From Balanoglossus misakiensis (lineage: Eukaryota; Animalia; Hemichordata): DNA of 64,000 nt. The translations under genes and the position numbers were made by a program. Positions within the stretch are counted from its first letter, which is position 1. Each line of letters begins with the position of its first letter. Shown here in pieces: positions 1 to 12,102 of the stretch. Location of the stretch: assembly GCA_040954595.2 (NCBI GenBank), contig CM082582.2, positions 992,001 through 1,056,000 of the forward strand, given 5' to 3'. A model generated the notes under the pieces. It made no database searches. It had not been told where the DNA came from and worked only from the letters and a program-made list of their open reading frames with translations.

Positions 1-501
1 TTTGTCCCTATGTAACTATCAAAATTATAACAACATCATTCAGAACATACAAGGACACTCAAACCCGTCTAAAACAAACCCTGTCTAATCGGGAAACCTC
101 TCTTCAACCAACAGCTTTTCCTAGTACCTTTTACATAGAAACATGTTAATCTGTTGGTGTTCTGTTTAAAAGATTTGACTGTGTAATAAATATGGGTGTC
201 ACACATACACCATTAAGACAGTTCTGAAGCATCTCAGAATTGATACTGTCTTAAAAAAAACATGTGTGGACGGTGTAAGTGGTCCTGAAACGTCTCAGAT
301 TTTAGACGGCTCTGCCAGCCAGACCTGAGCCGGTGTAAGGATTAACACCTCTCCGCAACCCATTGTCTATGGGGCCGAGCCTCAGCGCCCATACATAAAC
401 TTTGTGTGTGTGGACACAACATGACTCAAAGGATTAATGCTCTGTGGTTAGCACTGGCAAATAGTGTCTCAAATTTTACCCTGTGTGAACCTGGTAAAAG
501 A

Positions 502-545
502 GGCATTGTGCCCTAGTGGCTAGGGTTGTGGGTTCGTTACCTAGA
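502..545 (+). mobile_element. Possible decayed tRNA-derived SINE head
   Basis: A-box-like tgccctagtgg and B-box-like ggttcgttacc; no full cloverleaf. Confidence 0.25.
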
Positions 546-688
546 CCTGGACATTTGGGTAGTATTTGCCTGTTGGATGATATATGAGACACAGACATTT
601 GGGTAGTATTTGCCTGTTGGATGATAGATGAAATAAAATTAAAAATATATATATAGACAAATAAACTGTGTTCTCCTTTCTTTTACAT

Positions 689-889
689 CATTTGATTGTG
701 AAAAGCCAGCACCACCAGTTAAAGGTATTTCCATCTGTAATGAGTTTGAGTCGGGTGTGTTCTGTCAGGTGGATTGTTTACCAGGATACAAGTTTGCAAG
801 CCTGCCAGCACCTTACTATCTCTGCCATAGTGAAGGATCTTTTAATCCTGAGAATCCAGACGAGGAATTCACCTTCCCTGGATGTTCAG
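689..889 (+). CDS. Exon: sushi/CCP domain
   Basis: Translates FDCEKPAPPVKGISICNEFESGVFCQVDCLPGYKF...YLCHSEG...FPGCS. Donor G|gtgag at 890. The acceptor reads ttttacAT rather than AG. Confidence 0.75.
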
Positions 890-3800
890 GTGAGAAAAAA
901 ATGATTTGGTATCAGTAAAGAAATATAATCAGGTTGCACATGCACATTCAGAAAATTCTCCAAAGAGAGAGAGTTGTGAGAGGGGGTATTCCAGCATTGA
1001 GACAATTTTCTTTTAGTTATAAATGAAAAGAGAAATATGAGTAATGCAAATTCTTGCTTTACAGTATGTCAAGGTTGTGATTACAGGTAGATAATTTGTT
1101 AACATCATATCTGCTTACCCCAATATAAAGCTCCAGTACATTTGAGCTATTTTCTTAATATTTTGTTCTGGGTAAGCAGCTGTAACTTTCCTGATTGGCT
1201 AAGCGGTTTCGCAGTCTAAGTCAATACATCGTTCGCTAGATTGAAAATTGCATCTTTAACAAAATTTGTTTGTTTGTATTGTTCTACTGCAGCTCCTGGG
1301 AAGACTCAACGTGGAGTGAATTGTGGCGTGTCATACAATTCACAGGCTGGTACATGTAACAATGGTGTCATCCAGCAATTGAGGATCAGTTTTATGAACA
1401 CTATCAACTATCTGAATGATTTGTTTGGTATTTGTGGCGGTGAATGCAACTTTGATGACCTTGAAATAACCTGCGGCGCCTCAAACCGAAGAAAGAGACA
1501 GGCTGATACTCAGCTTGTGGTTCAGTTCAGTTTCACAACCAATGCGTGAGTAGTAATTGTTATTTTTCGAGTATTTCATTCCCCTTCTGTTCTATTGAAA
1601 TGACTTTGGTGACATGTCTAGGGTACTGATCCCAGGCTGTGTGAGGACCAGCTCTGTATTCCCTATACAGCTGGTGTTTGCATTATTGCAAAATATTCCA
1701 TTCATGCAAGTGAAAACATATTATTTTGTGTCTTAACACTCAAACATTTTCAGTTTTTGGCAACCCCATCATTTCTGCCCACCTTCCTTCATGTTGCGGC
1801 ATCCTGTATTCTAAAGATTCATGCATTCGAAATATACTGCAAAACGTGTTATTTTCGCGAGCAGTAAATTTCTGCAAAACATGTGCTGGTCAAAAAAACG
1901 TTAAAATAAAAAGTTGTGTAAAATGTTTTTGGAGATAATGATGCAGTTAGTGAAATACGAGAACTCGAAAATTCGTCCTCACGTAACAGTCGCCTCTTTT
2001 AATATCGCGAAAATTTCCTGTCGTGAAAACAATTCAGTTTACAGTACACACTTCTGGTTGGTATTGTAATGTGGCATATGTAAGAATTTTTTGCCTGTTG
2101 TTTTATCCATTAGCTCTGCTGATGCTGCAGTTGTAGTTATTGAAGATGCAGTCAAGAATGGTCCTTTTGATACAGCTGAATATTCGGTCGACGCTGAGAC
2201 ATTACAAGTTGAAAGTACAATATTCTGTTCCAATGGTAGTGTTCTTGTTGGAGAAGAATGTGGTGAGTGCCTATACTCCTCAGTTGTTATGTACTTTAAC
2301 CCTTTCACTCCCAGTTTCCTCTATAGAGGTCAAACCTTACCATAGAAAACAATTGGTTTGGACTGAACCATGGTGGTGAAAGGATTAAAACTGTGTCCAA
2401 AATTAATATTATAAAAAGGTGTAGATGTTAATATGTTTATATCGCCTGATATGACCTGTTAGGTGGGCCGTATTGCTGCGAGTGTGGTTGTGAGTCGCAG
2501 TGTACAAATTAAAGACAAGTGTGAGTGGTAAATACAACCCAACCAAGAGGTGATATAAGGAAATAATTGATTTGATATGCTCATACCAAGGAGGGACAAA
2601 GTCTCTTTCTCGCTGCCCTTTTTCCATTAATTATGTTTGATAGAAGACACAGTTAATGTTATTCTACATGTGGATATATAGTGAATCAACATTCAACCAC
2701 ACACAACTGCAATCCCACTTGTAGACACAAGAGTGAAAAACTGGCCAAAATGAATGCTGTGTGTTACAATTGTAGTTGTGTTTTAAACCATTAATGCATA
2801 ATGATCAGTACATGAACAATGTATACATCTGCCTTCAACATTTTGTATTTCCACAGTATTGTGTCCTGAAGGGTCGTACCATGACACTGAGCTGAGTCAG
2901 TGCCATCCTTGTGCAATTGGATATTATCAACCCCTTGAAGGACAAACAGCATGCAATGCCTGTCCAAATAATGGAGTCACCAGGGGAAAGAGATCATTAT
3001 CCATCTTGCAGTGTTTTGGTATGTATAACAGAAGGCAATATCTCCTCCTCGTCCACAGCCATAGCCTAGTATCTAGCCGTATTCCAAAACTAGCGTCTAG
3101 CCTCACTCATGCCACTGGCCCGATAAAACCCCATACCCCTTGCCGGGAATTGTGACGGATATATCAAATTATTGTGGTGTGATCCAATATGGAAAGAATG
3201 ACAATTGGAATGTTCATCTCTTTGGTTGAAAAAATAATTTTTCAACAATGATGTCTATTGCAGAGAGGTGCGATGTTGGTCACTACTTTGACAACGGGAC
3301 TTCTCAGTGCCAAAGCTGCCCCATTGGATTCTGGCAATCAGAAGAAGGAAAGTTTGTGTGTAATACTTGCCCAAAGGGAATGCTTACATTAGTTGAAGGA
3401 GCTACTGATGAGTCACAATGTCAGGGTAGGTACTTGTGTTATTTGCTATTCTTGACTATCAATCACATGATCTGGCCATTTTACGTACCCATGGCGTTAT
3501 CATTTGTAAGTGACAGGCAAGCAATATTTCGGCATCCAGTAAACTTTTTTCCGAGTAGGTTTTTACTTTAGAACCGCCAGATATGTAACATATTCAACAG
3601 TTTAACAAATTCACGTGAGTGAAAAGCAGATAATCGTGAATATCAAAAAATTAATCTTCTCAATTACAGAGGTATGTAAATCAGTGGGAGTCCAACTTAG
3701 TGTCAATGGGTCTTGTGAGTCGTGTCCCATGGGAACCTATCGATCAAATGCTGAACTTCAGCCATCTTGTATGCCGTGCCCATTTGGCTTCACCACAAGA

Positions 3801-6231
3801 ACAGTCGGTTCAACCTTAAGTGAAGATTGTAATGTTTGTAAGTATTATGTATACAACTTTTCATGTTGTATCTCAACTGTACTGAACTGAAGGTTGTATT
3901 ATTGTGCCTCAGTTGTTCAAAATAATGATAGTCCTCCAATTTTATTCTATGCTCTTTTTCCATTCCATCAACAGCTTACTGCAATGTTGGTTGGTACTTG
4001 AATCAGGAGTCCTATAGATGTGAGAAATGCCCTGTTGGAACATATAACTTTGAATTCAACCAGGATGCTTGTCAACCATGCCCAACTGGCTACACTACAG
4101 GCAGAGAGGGTGCCCTATATGAAACAGAATGTGATGGTAGGAATAAATTTTTCATAATCATAGAACTGATAACATGCATGAAGTGCTTGTGGAGATCAAC
4201 CTTAACTGTTCAATCTGACACAAACACTTCATTATAAGAAATTTTCCTCTTTATTTAGAGTATCATTTGATATGTTGTGTGATCCAATATTTTTATATAA
4301 TTTAATAATGCTCCTCTTTTAACACCTTTTCTGAAAATTTCACGGAAATAACAATATTGTAATACTGTTTTCTCAGAATTCTACATGTTAGGCTATGGAA
4401 TGTGATAACCATGCACTGCATCTGGGTAGTCATCTAACTTAAAGGTATACAGTCACCTCCAATTTACAAACGCCCATATATGGCTGAAATGGAGTATATG
4501 AGAGTTCTAAAGAACATATGGTGGCGCTCTTTTTTGCATGTGCCACCCACTGAAAATCTGTGATTGGCTAGATCTCCTTTTGCCATGGTAACTATAGCTA
4601 ATTTTCCATAGGTGACCGTATACCTTTAACTGGTGATATGTATGAAGATCCCATAGTTTTATTTGGTGGTCAGTTAAAGACATTGCAAGAATTTTTGTTT
4701 TCTAGATGCACATGAATGTCGTCTTGGTCTGGATGACTGTCACCCAAATGCCACTTGCAGGAATCTTGTACCAGGATATGAATGCACTTGCAAAACTGGT
4801 TTCACTGGTGATGGAATAACTTGTACAGGTATGTAACTATCTACAACTGAAATGTCAACAGAAATATGTACAGCTAAAACGTAGAAACTACTGTTGATTT
4901 AGTATCTCTCTTGCTGCCCTTTTCCCATTAATTATGTTTGATACAAGACACTGTTTATGTTATTCACCCGGTACATGTGGATATATAGTGAATCAACGTT
5001 CGACAGCACACAACTTCCATTCCGTTTGTAAGAAATGAATCTGCAAGTGGGTTTAGTTCTTGTGTAATACAAATGGTTCGTCAGGTAGAATAATGTGATG
5101 TGATTTTATTCTTGTGTCTAGATAAATGTGAAGGGTTCTGCTCAAACAATGCTGTTTGCATCAAGGACAGTGATGGCATTCCTGTTTGTGAATGTACTGA
5201 TGAATATCAAGGTGAAACTTGCCGCCAGAGAATACCAATGCAAGTTAAAGGTGTGTATACATTTCTTTGTCTTTTAATAACTCAAGGTTGAAAAACAATA
5301 TTCACTAAAGTTTACACATTTGTTTGATCTACATGATTACAGTTTACGTTGTCTTGAAAATATTTGTGAAAATGGTGAAACTGCAACATCTGCAGTATAA
5401 CTAGATTTTTGGTCAACTAACCATTTTACAATAGTTAAGCATCATAATGAATGGTTGTCTTGCTTTTATCGTAGCATATCGCCCCCGTGACAAATAGAAA
5501 TATTTAAACTCTTACAGATTCCTCCGTTGACACAGCTGTCATCATTGGTGGTGTTGCGGGAGGTTTAGCGGCTGTGTTAGTGCTTGGTGTAATAATGTTA
5601 CTCATGTACCAACGGTAAGTTATTTAGTACTACCAGAGTAGAATCGAGACAGCTGTAGAAATGTTGCCCATCAGAAAACTGGGAATTTACCTGTATCTTT
5701 CCATACATGCATGAGGCAACGTGAAAAATAATCACATCTGTATCGTGGAAGCAAATTTATTCAAAGAGTTCATGCATAGACCTATTCGCGTATAGGGTAA
5801 CTGCAGTGCATCATGGTATAATTTGCGTTCAACATGCATGGCGGCTAACAAGGCAAAGTCACGCGACCAGACCGCAAAGTGTCCAACAACCACCTGCGTT
5901 ATTCTACAGTAGTAACAACATCACAACAAATCCCACATTGATGATGTTCAACTATTTGACATTCAGGTGTGCTCTTGGAGGAAAGAAACATCCAGGCTGG
6001 GAAGAACAAGAGGCAACTATGGATATCCATTGGTTTGATGATACAGATGATGTTGATAGCAAGGCAGGGAAAAGTGTGGAAGATGAGGAAGCCTTCAGAG
6101 AAATCTATCACTACAATCCCATGTATAGTGGTGACAGTGGTAGTGCCAGTGGAAGTGAGGAATGGAGACCAAGGCCTCTTAAGAGTAGAAATGAACTATT
6201 TCATGAGAGTCACGGAGACAGATACTTCTAA
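689..6231 (+). CDS. 3' part of a spliced gene for a large single-pass membrane protein (SVEP1/uninflatable-like domain set): CCP, SEA-like, 4x GCC2/ephrin-rec-like, EGF_CA, EGF, TM, NPxY tail. The 5' end lies outside the window.
   Basis: Phase-consistent exon chain 689-889, 1293-1545, 2114-2262, 2857-3018, 3264-3425, 3670-3837, 3975-4136, 4706-4828, 5122-5250, 5518-5614, 5967-6231 (stop TAA). All donors are GT, and all acceptors are AG except the first. Confidence 0.9.
1293..1545 (+). CDS. Exon: SEA-like region with basic furin-type site RRKR
   Basis: ctgcag| acceptor and gc|gtgagt donor; APGKTQRG...CGASNRRKRQADTQLVVQFSF. Confidence 0.85.
2114..2262 (+). CDS. Exon: linker and start of Cys-rich repeats
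   Basis: cattag| acceptor and g|gtgagt donor; SADAAVVVIEDAVKNG...IFCSNGSVLVGEEC. Confidence 0.85.
2602..2718 (+). repeat. Interspersed intronic repeat, second copy at ~4905-5025
   Basis: Shared ctgccctttt.ccattaattatgtttgata.aagacac...acatgtggatatatagtgaatcaac in two introns. Confidence 0.75.
2857..3018 (+). CDS. Exon: GCC2/GCC3 (ephrin-receptor-like) Cys repeat
   Basis: CPEGSYHD...CHPCAIGYYQPLEGQTACNACP...QC; 162 nt, phase 1-1. Confidence 0.9.
3264..3425 (+). CDS. Exon: GCC2/GCC3 Cys repeat
   Basis: CDVGHYFD...CQSCPIGFWQSEEGKFVCNTCPKG...QC; 162 nt, phase 1-1. Confidence 0.9.
3670..3837 (+). CDS. Exon: GCC2/GCC3 Cys repeat
   Basis: CESCPMGTYRS...CMPCPFGFTTRTVGSTLSEDC; 168 nt, phase 1-1. 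Confidence 0.9.
3975..4136 (+). CDS. Exon: GCC2/GCC3 Cys repeat
   Basis: YCNVGWYLNQESYRCEKCPVGTYN...CQPCPTGYTTGREGALYETEC; 162 nt, phase 1-1. Confidence 0.9.
4443..4625. mobile_element. MITE with TTAA target duplication (Kolobok-type non-autonomous element)
   Basis: TTAA|aggtatacagtcacct ... aggtgaccgtatacct|TTAA; AG...CT termini. Confidence 0.75.
4706..4828 (+). CDS. Exon: calcium-binding-type EGF domain
   Basis: DAHECRLGLDDCHPNATCRNLVPGYECTCKTGFTGDGITCT; tctag| acceptor and g|gtatg donor. Confidence 0.9.
5122..5250 (+). CDS. Exon: EGF-like domain
   Basis: DKCEGFCSNNAVCIKDSDGIPVCECTDEYQGETC; ctag| acceptor and aag|gt donor. Confidence 0.9.
5518..5614 (+). CDS. Exon: transmembrane helix
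   Basis: AVIIGGVAGGLAAVLVLGVIMLLMY; ttacag| acceptor and cg|gtaagt donor. Confidence 0.9.
5967..6231 (+). CDS. Terminal exon: acidic cytoplasmic tail with NPxY (YNPMY)
   Basis: ttcag| acceptor, phase 2 matching the previous exon; open to TAA at 6229-6231. Confidence 0.85.
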
Positions 6232-7861
6232 TGTGCCATCTCTGTGTGTACATGTATGGTATAATTCAAATGATAACTAGAATGGTTTTCATTTTGTGAG
6301 TTGACACAGTACTGTGATAAGCTTGGTATAATCCCATAAATGATAACAATAATAGTTATGCTTTGTCAGACGACAGTACTGTGATAAGCGCACATTAAAT
6401 TGGTTGGAGTGAAACAGATCTTTATTATTACACTCTTAGCAACATCTGAATGAAATGATCATAAATAATCATCTTTAAAGTATGTTGGTTATAAGGCTAT
6501 ATATTTTACATATTTTAAAGAATTTTCCTTAAAAATTTGTTATGACTTATTATAAGGTATTGTGTAATGAAAAAGATATGATAATACGAGAATTCCTAAA
6601 CAACAACATATTTTTGTTGAATTTGGAGGACAAATTTAACAGTGTACCAATTCAGCTCTCCCTTTGCATGCTGACTTGCTTCTGTATTCATACAAGGCAG
6701 CATTTATCCTTAACTTGATCAGATAGAAGGTCTTTTCATCCAAATGCATAGATTATGAATTATTTCTCTCAATATATTCAGTGACTACCTCCCGATGATA
6801 TATATCCTCCTGAATTAGTGCTTCAAATTTTGATATTTTTCTTGATATTTTTCTTTAATTTGACTTCAACCGTCACCATTCTCCAAGACTGTAAAAGAAG
6901 GGAGATGATGATTAACTATTATCAATTTTTTTGCCCCTTGTACTGTCTTTACAACTGGCCGTATAAATCTGATATTTGTTTGGCATGCGAATTTTGGAAT
7001 ATGGATGTGTATGACTACAATTATAAGATCCTCAAAATAAAAGATCCTATCATTTCATTTGGTTAATAACCAGTTCATAGGTGAATGGAAATATAGTTAC
7101 TCACTTTGAGACCTGACATGTATATATAATAATTCAAAGTATTTATTCGCATATTTTTATATTATTCATGGTGTTATAGATCAATGGAAATTTTTCAAAT
7201 TAAATTCATGTATATAAAATGTAGCAATGTAATGTCATATGTGAAACCCTTAATCTTGATATTGTAATTCATTGTAGAATATGATTATATTGTGTTATTC
7301 ACTCAACTTGTGCATGTATGTTTAAGATTCATGCAAAATTACTTTTTTATACAAACTGTTCCTTTTTGTGTTGTTCGGAGGTGACAACTCATCAACAATG
7401 AAATAAGTTTGGGAAATTTTTGAACAAAGTCATGAAGTGGAAGTACTATAAATAAGTTTAATATCTGTTTGAGTTGTCCTGCCAGAAGTCAACATTTTTA
7501 GCTTATACAAATACTGGTGCAACTACAGAACAGTTGAAGAATTTCATCATTATATTTATGTTTTAATTACAAGTATATCAATTGTACCTTTTCCTTATAT
7601 TAAAAGCATATTTTTATTATAATATTTAACTGAGTTCTTTGTCTACTTTTTTAAACTGACAATTTGTCAGTCATTACCATAACCCTGGAGTGTATTTCAC
7701 TGTGTCCAGAGATTCTTCTGTAGTTGTTATAATAAGACATCAAACCAGGTCCAATAATCAATATTACTCAAGCTAAGCTAATTACCAGGTCCAGGTTCAA
7801 AAAAGAAATAAGAGAAAAACTTACAATTTCAACAGGATCATCTTGAACCACTGCTAAGTGG

Positions 7862-8317
7862 TAGTACTCGCACAGGGGGGCTGCAAACATGAAAGTTATA
7901 AAAGGCGGAGTTCCTGCATTTTCCCCCAATAAACATTAATTGATGAACAGTCTTTGTGCTTGTTTATTTTTCTGTGTTACCTCCACCTGTCTTAGCAGTT
8001 GCTAATCCAGAATACAAACTATTGCATTTCCCATTAAGCACCTGCTAACGACTTAATCTGTGTGCCCCATCCACGGATTTAGTGGATTAAGTAAACATCG
8101 GTCAGTTCTCACTTGGTAAGAGAATACCCAGTACTCGCTGACCGATGTTTACTTTATTAACTTAATCCATGGATGGGGCACACAGATTAAGTCGTTAGCA
8201 ATGGGAAATGGATAGCTTTTATTCTGGATTAGCAAATGATAAGACAGGTTGGGAAAACGCAGAATGGAACGTACTTCGCCATTTATAACTTTCATGTTTG
8301 CAGCCCCTGTGGTACTA
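7862..8317. mobile_element. Foldback/MITE hairpin element
   Basis: caggggggctgcaaacatgaaagttataaa pairs with tttataactttcatgtttgcagcccctg; tgctaacgacttaatctgtgtgccccatcca pairs with tggatggggcacacagattaagtcgttagca. Confidence 0.75.
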
Positions 8318-8947
8318 GGTGTCGGAAATGGGTAAGCACACCCTTCCAGCATGCTACACCCGTTATGACTGACCCAAAGAGACATATTTAAGTTGAATTT
8401 GACTTAACTAACAAATTACTGTTGCAAGTCAAATCCATATTTTGACTTTATCTCTGACTGAGCGCAGCGTTGTCTGAGAGACACTCCACGTCTTCCTCTT
8501 CACAAGCAGCCCACTTCAAGTTTCAGCAACATCCATAATAGTCCTAAAGTTGAGGTGCCAGTTAAAATTAGGTTTTTGGACCAAACTGGAATAGCTGCCG
8601 AAGTTTGGTATTTCAAATGATTGTCAGGTCACCTGTTTATTATATGACTGTGAGGTTTCTAACAAAAGGGAGATGACATACAATCACAAGTGTAAATCCA
8701 ATATTGAACATTACTTAAAGGGACAAATTGTTCAAATCCTCTTTTGAGCTTATTTGGTCAATTTTGTTTGATATGAAATGTGCCTATTATGCTGTTTGAC
8801 TTCTTTAAACATGCTTAAATACTGGCCAATAAATAACTCCACTATGTTTGAAATTAAACCAGATAGTACAATAATACATTCCAAATGTCATCTGTGATAA
8901 CATCATACTTTGGACTTTTTTACTTTATATATTACATAACATGTTAC

Positions 8948-9190
8948 GGAGGGGGGAGAGAGGTGAGAAAAGGAATGTGAGAAAGGAGAAGAAAAGCAAG
9001 AGGGCGGAAATGAGAATGTCAGGATGGAAAGGGAATGAGGGGAGGACTTTGACAGAAGGGGAGGGGAGAGACCGAATAAGTGAAGGTGAGAGAGGAAGTG
9101 GTTAGACAGGAAGAAAGGGAAATTAAAGCTCAATCACCACCACCACCACCACCACCACAATCATCATCATCACCATCATTGCCATCATCA
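8948..9190 (+). repeat. Purine-rich low-complexity tract followed by (CAC)n/(CAT)n microsatellite
   Basis: Directly visible. Confidence 0.85.
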
Positions 9191-10904
9191 TTCTGGAGGC
9201 ATCGTGGCCTGTATTGGCCCATGGGCATCATGGGCCAAAAAAACTGATTCAGTGTAAATGTGCATAAACCACACTTTTGTACGAACTCCTGTAACCGGTG
9301 ACGCAAGTCGTGAGTGGATTTGTGGGCGTGTCGCGACCTTTTCTGTGAACGTGATGCAGAGTGATATATTGATGACCCCCAGCCACCCCCACACCCTTTG
9401 GTAACACACTTCTTAAACTTTCTTTACATAGAATGGACTTCTCAAACCTTCCTTACCAAAGTTCTGATTAAAGATATCTATCTTCTAGGGTACTACCAAC
9501 AGCGTTTCACGTGACTGTAGACAAGCATCAAGTACCTGTACACAGACAAGGGCGTGCGCGCGTCCACAATAATTTAAAACGAATGTTTCCACCGCCGTGT
9601 GTTTTATGCACATAAACACTGAATCAGCTTTAATATTGTCCCATGATGCCCCGTGAGTTGTCAGGGTACCAAACTGACAATGCTGGAGAAAAAATGAAGT
9701 GTTGACATGCATGTTGTTGAGGGGTTTCACAATGCATGTTACGGACGCTGGTTTCTCTTAGCAATAGAGTAGAGGCGTAAGGATGGGTTGATCTTGTGAT
9801 TAAGAATTTTGGCAAAGAAACAGAAATTGTGTCATTTAGTTTTGTATTAAACCCTATTCGCGTATTTTGTGTTAAAGCACGAAATACTGCAATAATGAGA
9901 TACGGTAGTATTTAACACATATAATATATGATATAATATAGCTTTATCAATACCAGTGAATTTTGTGACGTCATTGCTGTACATTTTTTTATCTTTTATT
10001 TAAAACGCACAATGTTACATCAACAAATCAAAAGAAGAAACGAACTGAAAACTCACATCATAGCTTCAAAATTTATTACACTTTCTGGATGGTTGCATGA
10101 TTCCTAAGGTTTGTATACCTTCAACCTCAATGTCAAGCGGGAGGATTGGTGTTGGGAATGTAACGGGGAATTAAACTCTATCGATGGGGATAACTCGCTT
10201 GGCTAATACTGAGAGGTACCTATATGGAATCGTGCTGACGTCCAGATACATCGACACGAACACTGGGTATTTATGGTAGCAACTGAGAATATAAGAATTT
10301 AATGAAATAAACCTACTCGACCACTTGAAGGACACAAATAGTCCGCCATCCAAAAGACCGTTCCAGCATTTTATTTTTACCCGCCAAAAGACGCGGAGAT
10401 ATATTTTTAGATGAATGATCCATGCATACTCTGATTGCATAGTACTTGTCTTCCTTGTGTTCCTTAAAACAATGAATGTATTGTATTTTCTTTTCTTTTC
10501 ATCAGGAATGCGATAACTTTCTTAACACTTCAAAAGTTTCTTTACTCTTCAATCACTTCTGTCTCAACTTTTAAGTTTAACTTTTACTTCCAAATCTCAG
10601 GTCACAAACTCTATAGACTGCTAAACAATTTTCTTCCTAGTGTTGTATGCGCCACTTGTGAATTTTTGCGAGTGAGATTCACGGGCGTTTGAGCACAATT
10701 TATACAAAATATGTTTATCGCCATTAGAAAAACGTTCGCGTAGAATCAATGACGTCATGGTAAATTTTAGGTGCATGCTCCAATAGGGATGATAGGGAGA
10801 CTACTTGTTGTAGAGCACCTGAAAATGTACGTATTTCGTCACTTCCTTTTCGCGAAATTTAATTCTTAACGGCATCTTAGTTTTAAGATTTGTGATTCCT
10901 TTTT

Positions 10905-11215
10905 TCTTCAGTTGTACATTTGCATCACGGGATACTTCTTTGTAGACTATCGAACCTTGGCATCTCAGACACAGTACTAACATGGTTTACATCTTACCTT
11001 CAATATAGATATCAAACTGTAATCATCGAAAACACTGCAAGTTCACAGTCACCTCTCGTATATGGGGTGCCACTGCCCCTCTGTTGTTTACCATTTATAT
11101 AGCCCCACTTTATAGTAAACCGATTCGTCCCCACATCCTACAATTTCATCAGTACGCGGATGATAACCAGCGATACCTCGCCTTTTCCCATCAAGATTCA
11201 ACCTCTGACGTTCCT
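10905..11215 (+). mobile_element. L2/CR1-clade LINE reverse transcriptase fragment (degenerate)
   Basis: HGILLCRLSNLGISDTVLTWFTSYL..RYQTV...GVP and later QYADDNQ.YL, with a deletion/frameshift between them. Confidence 0.8.
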
Positions 11216-11255
11216 GTCTTCTAAGGATTGTTGAACTTTAATTCATGCAGTTTGT

Positions 11256-12095
11256 TGTTACGGCCGGTCGTCCTCCGGACGTTTACCTCATCGGCTTCTG
11301 TGGGGAATCAGCCACGTCCGAAAGCTGACGGCGTACATTCTCTCCATCTCCTTCTCCACCCAACATATTCATAAAGTCCGAGAGAGGTACCCAGCAGATC
11401 GTAAACCTTTCGTAGACAGAGACTTGCAAGAAGTTTTCCGAGTAACACAAAGTTCTGGTTTATTACTGGTCACACGTAAGAATTACACGACTCGATCCAT
11501 GCTCGTTGACTCCCATCACGGATCTCCGGTGATAAATGTGTGATCTCAAATTTCACCACACCTTATTAATACGTTAGTCAAGTATTAAGTCATAAAAGGA
11601 ACACGTCATCTTGATATTTCTTAAACATGAACTTAGCGCGTGATATCTCTATCTCGTTCTGACATGTATCAATTACACAATCTTGTTTACTCTGGGTCAA
11701 GTACCAATGTCAATACTGGACTAAAACCATATAAGTGAATGACTTCTTACGTAATCATAAACAAGATCTATGATCGTTAAAACTCAATCGTGACACTTGT
11801 ATTACCGCTGGTTTCTCATGATTGTTCATGCATCGGGGAATCTGTAGCGATGAGGTAACGGGCTCTGACGAGAACCGTGATCCACGGAGAAACGTATCTG
11901 ATTTACGTTCATTTATTGTCCGGAATTATTATAGTACATCAAATACGCCCAGTAAAGTACATGAGGAAGGGAACGAGCTCAGTAGCCTGAGGTACTCCCA
12001 TCTCCCGTTAGATTATTCTCCCCTAACTTTGGAAACAAAGTTCTCTTATAATTAATTTTCTCAAGGCGTGGTTAACCATGTAAAATATCACAAAT
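11256..12095 (-). mobile_element. Possible truncated solo LTR
   Basis: Minus strand ends ...ggccgtaaCA with AATAAA ~200 bp upstream, abutting the LINE fragment. No partner LTR or TSD seen. Confidence 0.3.
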
Positions 12096-12102
12096 ACATG
12101 TA

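Noticed and set aside
550-626. Short direct repeats (44-bp period here; also 28275-28352 and 60503/60829)
   Set aside because: Two-copy local duplications with no further structure.
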